From Bacteroidales bacterium (GTDB taxonomy: Bacteria > Bacteroidota > Bacteroidia > Bacteroidales > WCHB1-69): DNA of 62,755 nucleotides. The notes beneath the pieces are model-generated. The model saw only the letters and a list, made by a program, of their open reading frames with translations, searched no databases and had not been told where the DNA came from. How positions within the stretch are numbered: position 1 is the first letter of the stretch; each line of letters opens with the position of its first letter. This document shows positions 27,301 to 37,343 of this stretch, one piece after another. The position numbers were made by a program, and so were the translations under genes. Where the stretch lies: positions 1 to 62,755 of the forward strand of contig JAQUWC010000003.1 in the NCBI GenBank assembly GCA_028693085.1, in the 5' to 3' direction.

Positions 27301-29097
27301 GATGTAGATTTTAGTTATAATCCTCCGGAATTATGGGTAACTTCTTTAAGTGGAGATATTGTATGGGAACAACAAAGCGGTTCTGGTACGCAGCCCGACA
27401 TTGCACCGGTTTTTGGAAATGGACGCTTAGTGTTTAGGGGTGCCGAAGAAACAGGCTCTTTATCGCAAGCCATTTTTAAAGGAATTGATTTAACCTCTGC
27501 ATCACATCCTCGTTTGGGATTTTGGTATGCACATGATAATACGTTTGGGAGAGATGTTGTTGTTGTGAAATTAGCAACAAATGATTCTTTGTCGCCCATA
27601 ATTTTAACTGCTGTCTTGCGTTATGATCCGAGTTATGCAAATCCAGGATGGAAATATTATGAAATAGACTTATCCCCTTATCAAATGGAAAACTGTGTGA
27701 GCATTATATTTGAAGCATCAGGATTTGGAACGGGAAATCAAAATATAGATAGAATTCGTATCTTTGGATATCAGGATTTAAAATTATCATTACTCATGCC
27801 TGATTTGGATAGTTTCACAAACTGCGATCTCTTCAATAAACCCATTCAAGTTGTTCTTGAAAATTTAAGTACACAGCAAATTATTCTTCCACCTAATACG
27901 GAAATAAAATTGAAAATAAATGCTCCTCAACCTATGAATTATTCCATCCCTGTCAATGGCGTGCTTGAAGGCAATGCTGTAGATACTTTTTTATTGCTTG
28001 ATTCATTTGATTTTTCGCTGTCACAAAGCTATGATTTAACAGCATATATTCAAAGTGTTGATAGCAATTCAATCAATGATACAGATCATGTAATTTATAC
28101 GCTTAATCCTGACATAGCATTAGATTCAATAGGAGGAGTAGATGCTTTTCATTGTAAACAAATTGGTGAAACAGTATATGTGAGTGCCTTTTTGCAAAAT
28201 ATAGGTAATGTGGCTTTGAATAATATTCCTCTGCAAATTACAATTAATCACACTCATACTATTTATGACACCGTGTATACTGCTTTATTGCCCGGGAATA
28301 GTATACAATATCATTTCACTAAACCTTATATAGTACCCAATGCAACACAAGTTCAGCCATATTATCACATTTCTGTTAAAGCAAATTATCCCTGTGATGC
28401 CCAGACGTTGAATGATGAAATAGCTTTTCTTGCTTGTGTGGAAATGGATGCTGTATTTGACCTACGTATAAATGCAATCAACAAACCTCAACAAGGACAT
28501 TGTGATAAAGGATTGACGGATTTATATGCAAAAATTGCATTTATAAATCAAGGGGAAGAAGATTTGTATGATGTTGTTTTGTGTTTGACCATTGATAGTG
28601 CTCACCATATCATGCAAACTCTAAATGATACTTTATCACATATAATGGCGAATTCTACCGTATATTATGAGTTTTCAAAACCTTATTTGGTGCCAAATAT
28701 GAAATCAGTGGAAGATACCTATACGCTGAGTGTTTATTTTGAACGCATGGATAGCGACACCAATGCATTGAATGATACGCTTCGTATGCAAGCTTGTGCT
28801 GTTTTTAATGATGTAGATGTGCGAGCTTATTCTTCTATAAATTGGAATATGGGACAAAATATACCCAATCCGGCATGGACAAAAACTCAAATTCCTTATT
28901 CCATACCTCAGGAGGATAACGTAATTTTCAGTGTAATGAGTATTAACGGCCAATTGCTTTACAGAGAAGAAATCCAAGCTGATGCCGGTTCTCATTTTCT
29001 GGAAATAAATACACAAACGCTGTCTGCCGGTATTTACTATTACAGCATGGAATTCCAAGGTCAACGCATCGTAAAGAAAATGACGATACAGAAATAA
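24379..29097 (+). CDS. giant T9SS-secreted modular surface protein, paralog 1 (1572 aa)
   Basis: It has a signal peptide (MKKVSLFLSVILFMTIELKSQ). The domain order is an N-terminal jelly-roll/MAM-like domain (FNHICKV motif), an Ig-like DTVFETGPF...FHIKR domain, a CARDB-like domain, one beta-helix module, the shared C-terminal cassette and a type A CTD. Confidence 0.92.
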   Translation: MKKVSLFLSVILFMTIELKSQIIIVENENFETYLSTWTVQPTYAWMPNTNLYVSGNQSYVGFVPALNGDSVLFTTPFYNLVNYSQVKLYFNHICKVSNQDLCQIEYRENHQSAVWKPIPVSSYEGNGIYKHMRFHDSSYVEWKNDSLLAVPDNTWWKREVFDISNEVCFANVQFRFKIKKGNTTGTHFSSGWFIDDFIIQASVHPIVPPELSFITTYPDTVFETGPFPFIAKIKSRTLAPLNIPVLKYTSTYNQIVTHDSIVMTAVEGDSIWSATIPQHVYGTEIQYSVFAEDTMGNNDFRQGHFHIKRLPPYVLNSVALHKMDAPDTVEKYNTLMPVLVTIKNKGLNNLQSANIQWSVNGITQTSVNWSGNLPDGFQDQVVIGSYLSGMHGTYDEIWVWVKLPNGVSDSILNDDTLKLKIYNCKELFDGDYIIGQNPLSDFATINLALQSLKNADCIRGDIRFQLASGTYTENIDLTNFANYLNGYSLTLTSLANHKDSVVLNDTAGTLITINNTNNIYINSLTLDVAQRGTYAIEFKGSANNIEIRDCNIYANPTAVTEAYAGIMKSENVNGIANNVRIIHNVFDGGFFNVFIFGGNQNSYANGYKIDDNLCVNAESRGIHLCYFEASSVSNNQIYSRTTKPNNNYFVYNLVLVYGVVDEVIGNKLMIDRPLSTTNTYCLYLWNLNTSVPNRVLVSNNEVRLIDSSSITYGVYTHTAKYDFLHNSFYIHSKVIGGLGLHVYNSTATINNNSIHCIGMSPIDFSSSSVISDYNNLVGTNFQLTQFKASKGTDSNSVSIIPAYINVSNSLELSDYSSFTCPRLPNVIFDINTNYRTSITTMGAYSIPIWEGYNLVMHALVSPSVLEYAACDVPAVSDIRVSVRNNGTELIDFSNTPMQLSVKVNGAVSFQIDTIISSGLLAIGANDTFTVTSMFPTSAIGNYNISVYLTYALDTLHSDDTLYAVYVVSRINLPYDVDFSYNPPELWVTSLSGDIVWEQQSGSGTQPDIAPVFGNGRLVFRGAEETGSLSQAIFKGIDLTSASHPRLGFWYAHDNTFGRDVVVVKLATNDSLSPIILTAVLRYDPSYANPGWKYYEIDLSPYQMENCVSIIFEASGFGTGNQNIDRIRIFGYQDLKLSLLMPDLDSFTNCDLFNKPIQVVLENLSTQQIILPPNTEIKLKINAPQPMNYSIPVNGVLEGNAVDTFLLLDSFDFSLSQSYDLTAYIQSVDSNSINDTDHVIYTLNPDIALDSIGGVDAFHCKQIGETVYVSAFLQNIGNVALNNIPLQITINHTHTIYDTVYTALLPGNSIQYHFTKPYIVPNATQVQPYYHISVKANYPCDAQTLNDEIAFLACVEMDAVFDLRINAINKPQQGHCDKGLTDLYAKIAFINQGEEDLYDVVLCLTIDSAHHIMQTLNDTLSHIMANSTVYYEFSKPYLVPNMKSVEDTYTLSVYFERMDSDTNALNDTLRMQACAVFNDVDVRAYSSINWNMGQNIPNPAWTKTQIPYSIPQEDNVIFSVMSINGQLLYREEIQADAGSHFLEINTQTLSAGIYYYSMEFQGQRIVKKMTIQK
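28846..29094 (+). other. T9SS type A C-terminal sorting domain of paralog 1
   Basis: The sequence is NMGQNIPNPAWTKTQIPYSIP...GIYYYSMEFQGQRIVKKMTIQK. It shows the Por_Secre_tail pattern (NxPNP near the start, G.Y.Y near the end, K-rich terminus). Confidence 0.85.
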
Positions 29098-29200
29098 CGG
29101 TTACTTTAATATAGATGAGCTTATTATTATGTAGCAGCCTTTTTGATGCTTACATTCAATTACTGATTTTTGTACTAAAACACAGATAAACAGTCAACAA

Positions 29201-29231
29201 AAAAGGGATGTAAATTTATCACATCCCTTTT
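29201..29231. terminator. bidirectional terminator hairpin between giant gene 1 and pta
   Basis: The sequence aaaagggatgt-aaatttatc-acatccctttt forms an 11-bp stem flanked by A-runs and T-runs on both sides. Confidence 0.7.
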
Positions 29232-29252
29232 AAATATTTAAATATTATCTTA

Positions 29253-30251
29253 TTAAATATTAGCTTGATTGGCTGTAATGGCTACTACATTCACGATATC
29301 TTCCACGGAGCATCCGCGGGAGAGGTCATTAATGGGAGCGGCCATGCCTTGCATAACAGGTCCCACGGCTTCGGCACCGGCTAATCGCTGAACTAGCTTA
29401 TAGGCAATGTTTCCTACTTCGAGGGTAGGGAATACCAATACGTTGGCTTTTCCTGCAATTAGACTTCCCGGTGCTTTGTTGGCACCTACTTTGGGAACGA
29501 TAGCTGCATCGGCTTGCAATTCACCGTCAATGGCAAGATCGGGAGCTATTTGTTTGGCTAATGCCGTTGCTTCGACTACTTTATCGACCATTTCATGTTT
29601 GGCACTTCCTTTGGTTGAAAAACTTAACATAGCAACACGGGGATCTAAGCCGGCCACACTCTTAGCCGTTTTTGCTGTAACGACAGCAATCTCGGCCAAT
29701 TCTTGTGCATTCGGATTGGGGTGAGCCGCACAATCGGCAAATACCATAATACCATTATCTCCCCATTGTTTGTCTTTCATTATCATAATAAATGCACCCG
29801 AGACAACACTTACTCCGGCTAAAGTTTTTACTATCTGAAAAGCAGGTCGTAAGACATCACCTGTGGCATTCATCGCACCGGCCACTTCACCGTCGGCTTC
29901 TTTGTTTTTAATGAGTAAAGTACCTAAATACAAAGGGTCTTTTGCTAAACGTGTGGCTTTGTCCATATCCATGCCTTTGTGTTTACGTATCTCATACAAC
30001 ATATTGGCATAATATGCTATTTTAGGATTGTTTTCAGGGTCGATTATCTGTGCTTTGTGAATGTAGTTTAAATTCCATTCTTTGGCTTTGTTTAATATTA
30101 ATTCTTTGTTTCCCAATAAGATGAGTCGGGCAATCTTTTCCGATAAAATAATATCGGCAGCTTTTAAGGTTCTTTCTTCCATTCCTTCAGGCAAAACAAT
30201 GCATTTATCGGCTTGTTTGGCCATAGCCTTGATGTTCGTTATTAAATCCAT
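29253..30251 (-). CDS. pta: phosphate acetyltransferase (short-form Pta, PTA_PTB family)
   Basis: 332 aa. The layout is typical of short Pta proteins (CIVLPEGMEERTLKAA...VFADCA..NPN..ELAEIA...SFSTKGSAKH...NDLSRGCS). Confidence 0.9.
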   Translation of the reverse strand: MDLITNIKAMAKQADKCIVLPEGMEERTLKAADIILSEKIARLILLGNKELILNKAKEWNLNYIHKAQIIDPENNPKIAYYANMLYEIRKHKGMDMDKATRLAKDPLYLGTLLIKNKEADGEVAGAMNATGDVLRPAFQIVKTLAGVSVVSGAFIMIMKDKQWGDNGIMVFADCAAHPNPNAQELAEIAVVTAKTAKSVAGLDPRVAMLSFSTKGSAKHEMVDKVVEATALAKQIAPDLAIDGELQADAAIVPKVGANKAPGSLIAGKANVLVFPTLEVGNIAYKLVQRLAGAEAVGPVMQGMAAPINDLSRGCSVEDIVNVVAITANQANI

Positions 30252-30295
30252 ATCTTTTAAAAATTATTTATTTTTAGGTAAAATTTTAATTCCGA

Positions 30296-30303
30296 CAAAA
30301 TTA
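30296..30303 (-). promoter_or_regulatory. candidate -7 box (TAATTTTG on minus strand) for pta
   Basis: The plus-strand sequence caaaatta lies about 45 nt upstream of the pta ATG. Confidence 0.4.
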
Positions 30304-30629
30304 CTAAAAATTAACATGTAAAATAAACGATAAGGATAGATTATTTGTTTAAGATACCAAAGCTGCTTATAAAGTCATATTTGATGGATGTTTTGATAAG
30401 ATTTGGAAATAATGTTTCAATAATCCGAGCATGAGAAAATTGATTGATAAAACGCCAATATACGCAAGAGCTAAAGAGCGGATGAACGATGAATGCTTTT
30501 CAGATTAACGACCGATCTCTGTCGGGTTTGAATTAACTGTTTTATGGAAAGTAAAATGTTAACAAAAAATTGTGAGGAATTTGTTGTGAAGATTATTTTG
30601 ACTTTTATCGGATAATAATGAATTTTATG

Positions 30630-30637
30630 TACTTTTG
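30630..30637 (+). promoter_or_regulatory. candidate -7 box TACTTTTG for the DUF4837-like gene
   Basis: It matches TAnnTTTG and lies 55 nt upstream of the ATG at 30692. Confidence 0.45.
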
Positions 30638-30691
30638 CAGCTGTAATTGTAATGTAATTCTACTAAGCGTAATAATATAAGGTAATTAGTT

Positions 30692-31711
30692 ATGATATTG
30701 AAAAATAATAAAATCGGCATAACTTTATATGTAATCATTTCTTTTATATTGGGTTTTACGGCGTGTGAATCAACAGGGACACAAGGCAAGGGTTTGTTGT
30801 CGTCGTCGGGGAGATCGGGAGAGATGTTGGTGGTGTGTCAATCATCGGCATGGAAAGGTGCATTGGGAGATAGTCTGCGTAGTATGTTTATGTCATCGTT
30901 GGAATGTTTACTTCAAAATGAACCATATTTCACTCTTTCACATATTTCAAACGATAAATTTAATGCTATCTATCAGAAACAAAGAAATATTTTATACGTT
31001 GATATCAATTCTTCGTATACAGAAGCAAAAGTTACCGTATCAAAAGATAAATGGGCGTCGCCTCAATTAATAATAACCCTTTTTGTTTCGGATGAAAAAG
31101 CTGCTATTGCATTGGCGGCAACTCATAAGGATAAAATCATGAGTTTGTTTTTAGATTCGGAAATCAAGCGTTTTCAACGTGCTCAATTTGCTCAGCAGGA
31201 TAAGAGTATAGATAAAAAACTTAAAAAATCATATAAACTATCCATGATTGTACCACAGGGATTTATTTTTGCCGTTAAAAATGAAAATTTTTGTTGGATG
31301 CGTAAAGAAACTAAATATTGGGGTCAAAGTATCTTGATATATACGGAAGATTATACGGATACATCTATGTTTTCGAATACGTATATTGTAGCTTTAAGAA
31401 ACAAAATGACGAAACAATATGTGTTCGGCTCTCTGGATAGTTCCTATATGATAGTGGATGAAAAATTTATTCCTACTAAATCTGATTTTTATGATTTTAA
31501 CGGGATGTATGGTGTGAAAACACAAGGAATATGGAAAATGGTGGGTGATTATATGGGTGGAGCGTTTGTGAATTACACCCTTTTAGATACAAAACGAAAC
31601 AGGGTGATTAGTCTTGACGGATTTTTGTATGCTCCTACGGATGATAAACGAGATTTATTAAGGCAGATAGAAGCAGTTTTATTGTCAACTAAACTAGAGA
31701 ATGAAACATAA
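30692..31711 (+). CDS. DUF4837-like lipoprotein
   Basis: 339 aa with a lipobox (LGFTAC). The segment SGRSGEMLVVCQSSAWKGALGDSLRSMF...NEPYFTLSHI...QRNILYVDI matches my recollection of the DUF4837 N-terminal pattern. Confidence 0.65.
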   Translation: MILKNNKIGITLYVIISFILGFTACESTGTQGKGLLSSSGRSGEMLVVCQSSAWKGALGDSLRSMFMSSLECLLQNEPYFTLSHISNDKFNAIYQKQRNILYVDINSSYTEAKVTVSKDKWASPQLIITLFVSDEKAAIALAATHKDKIMSLFLDSEIKRFQRAQFAQQDKSIDKKLKKSYKLSMIVPQGFIFAVKNENFCWMRKETKYWGQSILIYTEDYTDTSMFSNTYIVALRNKMTKQYVFGSLDSSYMIVDEKFIPTKSDFYDFNGMYGVKTQGIWKMVGDYMGGAFVNYTLLDTKRNRVISLDGFLYAPTDDKRDLLRQIEAVLLSTKLENET

Positions 31712-31714
31712 GAA

Positions 31715-33202
31715 ATGAAACGAATACTATTTTTGTTTTTTGGATTGTGTAGTTATTCTACGCTACTTTTCTCCCAGTCATATAGCCCACCTTTACGTAT
31801 AGAAATTGAAACACCCATGGGAGAGTTCCCTTTTCAGTTGATGCCAATGAAACAACATGGAGTTATACTGTTTTATGAAACAGGAATCGTTGAAAATAAA
31901 CAAGTAAAATGGAGTATCGTATGGTTTGATACTAATTTAAATAAAATTACTACTTCGGATTTCTTTATAGATAAAGGAATGATTATTGAAGCTTTTAATG
32001 GTGACGAGAATGATTTTTATATCTGTATGCAATCCAAATCGCATAGAAGGAATATCCTGTATAATACGGTATTTGTTCACTATAATCTTATTGAAAAAAA
32101 AATAAAAGTTTATTCTTTTAATTTACGTGATCGTGAAGAAGTACAAAGCATGTTTTTGTTTAATAATACCGTATTGTTTACTACTTTATATAACAAACAA
32201 GAAGAAGTTTTACTATTCGACTTGCAACGTTTAAGTGTTAAACCATTCTATACTGAAAATAATCGTACATATTCTCTACAATTTGTTACATTCGATTCCA
32301 TTACACATAGTTTCTGGATAGGAAGTCTTATAGAAAATCAACCGCATTCCGTATTGGTGTTAAATCAGTTAGATACTAACGGAAGCAGTTATTATCAACA
32401 AGAGATTGCGTTTGATCAACAATACAGGCTAAATTATTGTAAATGGGTAGTTACAGATAGTGGTAAAGCCCTTCTCTTGGCGAGTTATGTCCACGCTAAT
32501 GAGATAAATTCAAAAACATTAAGCAATATCAATACCGGCATTGTATCAATGCGATTTTCAAAAGAAGCAATATCAATACCTACATATTATAATTTTTTAT
32601 ATTTAACAAACGAAACACAATTACGATCCAATAAGCAAGATGTTTCATTAAATCTTCAATTGATAGTGAATAATGTTGCTCACAATGATAGTTTGTATAT
32701 TTTTATAGGTGAAGTATATTATCCGGAATATCGACAAGAATATGCCGCCGGATATGGAATGTATGCTTATTCAGCTGCACCGACTACAGTATTCGCCGGA
32801 TACCGATATCAAATTGCCTATGTGTTAGTTTTTAATAAAAATGGAAATTTAGTATGGAATACCCAATTTCAACACAGAGATATTTTGGTGAAAAGTTTAC
32901 GTAATATTTTACATGCATACATAGATGATGAAAATAATGTGTTACTATATTATGGCCTGGGAAGTAATATTAGTTCTACAATAATAAACGATAAGACAGT
33001 TATTCAGTCACTTGATAAAATACCTGTAGAATTGCTTGCTCCTGGTGAACAGATTATTAATAATTATACTACCTTTTGTAAACATTGGTATGCCGATTAT
33101 TTTATTTATTATGGATATCAAACTATTCTGTCTCCCAAGTCAAATAAACGGCAAAAAAGAAAGAGAGATGTTTTGTTTATTAATAAATTGGTGTATAAAT
33201 AA
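31715..33202 (+). CDS. secreted hypothetical protein (495 aa)
   Basis: It has a signal peptide (MKRILFLFFGLCSYSTLLFSQ). It starts 3 nt after the preceding stop codon. No family recognised. Confidence 0.65.
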   Translation: MKRILFLFFGLCSYSTLLFSQSYSPPLRIEIETPMGEFPFQLMPMKQHGVILFYETGIVENKQVKWSIVWFDTNLNKITTSDFFIDKGMIIEAFNGDENDFYICMQSKSHRRNILYNTVFVHYNLIEKKIKVYSFNLRDREEVQSMFLFNNTVLFTTLYNKQEEVLLFDLQRLSVKPFYTENNRTYSLQFVTFDSITHSFWIGSLIENQPHSVLVLNQLDTNGSSYYQQEIAFDQQYRLNYCKWVVTDSGKALLLASYVHANEINSKTLSNINTGIVSMRFSKEAISIPTYYNFLYLTNETQLRSNKQDVSLNLQLIVNNVAHNDSLYIFIGEVYYPEYRQEYAAGYGMYAYSAAPTTVFAGYRYQIAYVLVFNKNGNLVWNTQFQHRDILVKSLRNILHAYIDDENNVLLYYGLGSNISSTIINDKTVIQSLDKIPVELLAPGEQIINNYTTFCKHWYADYFIYYGYQTILSPKSNKRQKRKRDVLFINKLVYK

Positions 33203-33205
33203 AAA

Positions 33206-33233
33206 GTAGAGACATTGCATGCAACGTCTCTAC
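33206..33233 (-). terminator. terminator hairpin downstream of serA
   Basis: The sequence gtagagac-attgcatgcaac-gtctctac forms the stem. On the minus strand the stem is followed by ttttt. Confidence 0.6.
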
Positions 33234-33256
33234 CAATCAATATTATTGATAAAAGA

Positions 33257-34177
33257 TTATTTATTCACTTGGAATGTTTTATCGCCTGTGGCAAAGAAAT
33301 TAACAATCTGATTAGCGGATGCTAACCCTGCATTTATATTTGCTTCTGCTGTTTCAGCTCCCATTTTTTTAGGAGTGGCGAAGAAACGGTTTTGAAATTT
33401 TTCGGTCATTTCGCTTGTATTATCGGGAGCAATATCGGAACAGTATTTTAAGTCTGTTCTTTCTTCCATTGCTTTTACCAATTCTTCTTCGTGAATCACT
33501 TCTTTACGAGCTGTATTGATAAGGCATCCACCTTTGGGCATTTGAGTTATCAGTTTATAGCCAATGGATTTTTTGGTTTGTTCATTGGCCGGAATATGCA
33601 ATGAAATAAAATGACAATTTGTATATAATTTTTCTACGCTATCCAGTGGTGTAACACCGTCGGCTTTGATTTTATCGGCAGGAACAAAGGGATCAAAAGC
33701 ATACACTTCCATGCCAAATCCTTTGGCGATGTCGGCAGCTAGTCGTCCAACATTCCCGTAAGCATGTATACCTAATTTTTTACCTTTTAATTCAGATCCG
33801 GTTCCGGGTTTAAAGGTATTGCGCGACATATAAATCATCATACCTATGGCTAATTCGGCAACAGCATTAGAATTTTGACCGGGAGTGTTCATGGCAACAA
33901 TGTTTTTTGCAGAACAAGCGGCTAAATCTAAATTATCGTAACCTGCACCTGCGCGGACCACAATTTTTAATTGTTTTGCGGCATTGATAACTTCTTTAGT
34001 AACTTTATCTGAACGGACTATTAATGCATCTGCATCAGCTACCGCTTTATAGAATTCGTTTACATCGGTATATTTTTCAAGTAAACTCAAACTATGTCCG
34101 GCTTTTTCTACAATGTTACGAATACCGTCAACAGCGGCTTTGGCAAATGGTTTTTCGGTTGCTACTAATATTTTCAT
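33257..34177 (-). CDS. serA: D-3-phosphoglycerate dehydrogenase (short, 2-hydroxyacid dehydrogenase family)
   Basis: 306 aa. It has the NAD-binding motif GIHAYGNVGRLAADIA and lies immediately downstream of serC. Confidence 0.85.
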   Translation of the reverse strand: MKILVATEKPFAKAAVDGIRNIVEKAGHSLSLLEKYTDVNEFYKAVADADALIVRSDKVTKEVINAAKQLKIVVRAGAGYDNLDLAACSAKNIVAMNTPGQNSNAVAELAIGMMIYMSRNTFKPGTGSELKGKKLGIHAYGNVGRLAADIAKGFGMEVYAFDPFVPADKIKADGVTPLDSVEKLYTNCHFISLHIPANEQTKKSIGYKLITQMPKGGCLINTARKEVIHEEELVKAMEERTDLKYCSDIAPDNTSEMTEKFQNRFFATPKKMGAETAEANINAGLASANQIVNFFATGDKTFQVNK

Positions 34178-34229
34178 ATTTCTTTATTTTTTTAATTGTT
34201 TAACTGTTATAAAATAGGCAGTTCAACGA

Positions 34230-35303
34230 TTATTTATGTAATTTTTCAAATTCTTGCATACAATTCACGAATGCTTCAACGCTTTCTTTCGGGCAAGCAT
34301 TGTACAGAGAAGCACGGAATCCGCCAACGGAACGGTGACCTTTAATGCCCACCATACCGCGTTCTTTAGCAAAAGCCATGAATGCTTCTTCTTTGTCTTT
34401 GTGCCCTTCGGCCATGACAAAGCAAATGTTCATCATGGAACGACTGTCTTTTTCGGCAGTACCTACAAAAAGTGAATTACGGTCGATTTCATTATATAGC
34501 AAACCGGCTTTTTCTTCATTCATCTTTTGCATCACTTCCACGCCACCTAATCGTTTTAACCATTTCAAGGTTTCGTTCATAACCAATATTGAAAAAACGG
34601 GAGGTGTGTTGAACATGGAACTTTCTTCGATATGTGTTTTGTAGTTTAACATAGTAGGGATGTAACGACTTACTTTTCCCAACAAAGATTCTTTGATGAT
34701 TACAAAAGTAACACCGGCAGGACCTACGTTTTTCTGTGCACCACCATAAATCACTCCGTATTTTGCAATATCAACTGGTCTACTCATGATATCGGACGAC
34801 ATGTCGGCAATCAATGTAACAGGCGAATCCATATCGTAACGGATTTCTGTACCATAGATGGTATTATTAGTTGTAATATGGAAATAATCTACATCGGTAG
34901 GAATAGTGTATCCTTTGGGGATATAGTTGAAGGTTTTATCCGCTGATGAAGCAACACAAATAGCTTCACCTATGCCTTTAGCTTCTTTCAACGCTTTTTT
35001 TGCCCATACACCGGTTTCTAAATAAGCTGCCTTTTTTTCCATAAAATTTAATGGAATCATGGCGAATTGCAAAGATGCTCCGCCTCCTAGAAACATGACT
35101 TTATATCCTTCGGGTATTTTTAATATTTCTTTCCATAATGCTTCGGTTTCATCCATAACAGCTTGCCATTCTTTCGAACGATGGGATACTTCTATGACAG
35201 ACATTCCCGTGCCTTTAAAATCTTTTAATGCTTCAATAGCTGCATTGATAGCTTCTTTTGGAAGGACGCATGGTCCCGCATTGAAATTATGTACTCGTTT
35301 CAT
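34230..35303 (-). CDS. serC: phosphoserine aminotransferase
   Basis: 357 aa. The N-terminus [11 protein letters not shown] and the overall class V aminotransferase layout are typical of SerC. Confidence 0.93.
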   Translation of the reverse strand: MKRVHNFNAGPCVLPKEAINAAIEALKDFKGTGMSVIEVSHRSKEWQAVMDETEALWKEILKIPEGYKVMFLGGGASLQFAMIPLNFMEKKAAYLETGVWAKKALKEAKGIGEAICVASSADKTFNYIPKGYTIPTDVDYFHITTNNTIYGTEIRYDMDSPVTLIADMSSDIMSRPVDIAKYGVIYGGAQKNVGPAGVTFVIIKESLLGKVSRYIPTMLNYKTHIEESSMFNTPPVFSILVMNETLKWLKRLGGVEVMQKMNEEKAGLLYNEIDRNSLFVGTAEKDSRSMMNICFVMAEGHKDKEEAFMAFAKERGMVGIKGHRSVGGFRASLYNACPKESVEAFVNCMQEFEKLHK

Positions 35304-35365
35304 ATCAATTTTTTTTATTGTTAATTTTTATAATAATTATTTTTTTGCTTTTATATAATTTTCGG

Positions 35366-35373
35366 CAAAGTTA
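35366..35373 (-). promoter_or_regulatory. candidate -7 box (TAACTTTG on minus strand) for serC-serA
   Basis: The plus-strand sequence caaagtta lies about 63 nt upstream of the serC ATG. Confidence 0.4.
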
Positions 35374-35477
35374 AACATTTAAACAATAGCTTTATGTCTT
35401 TTAGTAAAATTTTAATTTCTTGCATTATAAATGGTATATGCAAAAAAGAAAATATTTTATATGCTATGCTAAAAAAT

Positions 35478-35518
35478 AAAGGGAGGTTTAAGCTTTTATT
35501 TAGCATAAAACTCCCTTT
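35478..35518 (-). terminator. terminator hairpin downstream of the small lipoprotein gene
   Basis: The stem pairs aaagggag with ctcccttt and has T/A runs on both sides. It lies 18 nt past the stop codon at 35536. Confidence 0.55.
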
Positions 35519-35535
35519 TTTCGAATAATTAAGAC

Positions 35536-35925
35536 CTATTTTTCCATATGTAAATCACATATGATGGTATCACTTTTTGTAATGGTGATGGAATCGGAGC
35601 GTCCGGTAAAAGTTGTGTTGTCAACGGAGAAATAATATTCGGCACTAACGGTATAAACACCATTTAAAATTCCGTTTATTTGATAATTCCCTTGATCGTC
35701 AGTGGTAACAGTTTTTAGGGCTTTTTCAGCTGAACCTTTGTGTAGTTTAACTGAAGCATGGTCGGCTTTGCCTTCAAGGCCGCTTTCCGAATCAAAATAA
35801 CTTATTTGACCTTTAATGACACTTACTTCCAAATCTGAATCCGGATCAGGATCGTCTTCTTTACAAGATACAGTCGTAATTGCTAATGCTGCTAGCAAAA
35901 TCAATACATAATTTTTTATTTTCAT
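35536..35925 (-). CDS. small lipoprotein with carboxypeptidase-regulatory-like (CarboxypepD_reg) beta-sandwich
   Basis: 129 aa with a lipobox (TTVSC). The segment TDDQGNYQINGILNGVYTVSAEY is typical of that fold. Confidence 0.6.
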   Translation of the reverse strand: MKIKNYVLILLAALAITTVSCKEDDPDPDSDLEVSVIKGQISYFDSESGLEGKADHASVKLHKGSAEKALKTVTTDDQGNYQINGILNGVYTVSAEYYFSVDNTTFTGRSDSITITKSDTIICDLHMEK

Positions 35926-36204
35926 TGCCTTTACTTTTAAATATTTTGTTATTTATTATTGATTTAAATTAGAGTAACAAAAGTATATAAAAATTTCGAT
36001 AAATTTATTGTTTCTTAAAATTTATTTTTAGAATGAATGATAATTTTCATCTACTTGATTATATCCCTCTCAATACCATATTGTTTTTTTATATTCTATC
36101 TTTTCTGTATTATCATTAATAAATAACAGTTGAATACATGTAAAAGAAAATTCATATTTTCACATAAAATGTGTTTTTCTGCTGTTATGGGTTTTTTATT
36201 TATC

Positions 36205-36212
36205 TATATTTG
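36205..36212 (+). promoter_or_regulatory. candidate -7 box TATATTTG for ddl
   Basis: It matches TAnnTTTG and lies about 77 nt upstream of the ATG at 36289. Confidence 0.4.
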
Positions 36213-36288
36213 TACGTTTTTGAACAGAACAGGACACAGAGGTTGAAAGTGTTATAAATATTTCTTTATCAACAAATAATTTTTTAAA

Positions 36289-37272
36289 ATGAAAAAAAAT
36301 ATTGCAGTAATTGCAGGTGGTAATTCCGGAGAACATGATATTTCTATTCGAAGCGGTAAAAATATAGCCGAGACTTTAGACAAACAAAAATTCAATGTCT
36401 ATTTCATACATTTGTATTTTAAAGAATGGACATATACCGATGAGCAAGGTAATGTGTATAATATAGATAAAAATGATTTTAGTCTGCCTCTCCGACATCA
36501 ACGTATTTACTTCGATTGTGTATTCATAGCCATTCATGGTAATCCGGGCGAAGATGGGAAACTGCAAGGATATTTCGATATGTTAGGAATTCCTTACGCA
36601 GGTTGTGATGCGACTGTTTCCTCATTAACTTTTAATAAGAACTTATGCAATAGAGTATTGAAAACCTATGGAATCCATATGACCACTTCGTTACATGTCT
36701 TCCAATATGATAAGATTGACACAAAGAAAATAATAGCAGAAATCGGCTTGCCGTGCTTTGTCAAACCCTGTTGTTCGGGTTCCAGTGTGGGTATTTCGAA
36801 GGTAAACCATGAAAAAGAATTGTTTCCGGCTATCGAAAATGCGTTTAAACACGACAATCAGTTGCTTATCGAACGGTTTGTCCAAGGAAGGGAAATCACC
36901 TGTGGGGTGATGCGTTTGAATGGAAACATACAGGTGTTAGCCATAACAGAGATAGTGAGTAAAAAAGCATTTTTCGATTTGGAAGCAAAATATGACCCTA
37001 CTTTAGCCGATGAGATTACACCCGCCCCCATAGAAAATGAAATTAGAGAAGCCTGTGAAACGATATCAAAAAATATTTATCAATGGCTTGATTGTAAAGG
37101 AATAGTTCGTATTGATTACATCTATAATGAGCATGAATTATGTTTTATCGAAATCAATACCATCCCCGGTCAAACCAACGAAAGCATTATTCCTAAGCAA
37201 GTCAGATATAAAAATCTTGATTTTAAAGAATTGTGTACGGTTTTTATTGAAGAAGCTATACGAGGAAAATAA
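36289..37272 (+). CDS. ddl: D-alanine--D-alanine ligase
   Basis: 327 aa with the ATP-grasp layout (IAVIAGGNSGEHDISIRSG...IHGNPGEDGKLQGYFDMLGIPYAG...FVKPCCSGSSVGISKV...EINTIPG). Confidence 0.93.
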   Translation: MKKNIAVIAGGNSGEHDISIRSGKNIAETLDKQKFNVYFIHLYFKEWTYTDEQGNVYNIDKNDFSLPLRHQRIYFDCVFIAIHGNPGEDGKLQGYFDMLGIPYAGCDATVSSLTFNKNLCNRVLKTYGIHMTTSLHVFQYDKIDTKKIIAEIGLPCFVKPCCSGSSVGISKVNHEKELFPAIENAFKHDNQLLIERFVQGREITCGVMRLNGNIQVLAITEIVSKKAFFDLEAKYDPTLADEITPAPIENEIREACETISKNIYQWLDCKGIVRIDYIYNEHELCFIEINTIPGQTNESIIPKQVRYKNLDFKELCTVFIEEAIRGK

Positions 37273-37343
37273 TATTTTTGTCCTTTCCCCGTTTCTAATT
37301 ACATATGCGTTTTCTGTTTTTACAATAATATAAATAGGTATAC

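Noticed and set aside
24478-29064. Several 60-119 aa minus-strand ORFs inside giant gene 1.
   Set aside because: They are antisense shadows of a long, motif-rich plus-strand ORF. None has a promoter box or a motif.
30432-30509. A 25-codon ORF (MRKLIDKTPIYARAKERMNDECFSD) in the pta / DUF4837 intergenic region.
   Set aside because: It is too short, has no promoter box or conservation evidence, and such an ORF is expected by chance in 440 bp.
29407-35358. Plus-strand ORFs overlapping pta, serC and the DUF4837-like gene (29407-29724, 30082-30321, 30765-31070, 34254-34644 and 35059-35358).
   Set aside because: They are alternative-frame or antisense ORFs within confidently identified housekeeping genes.
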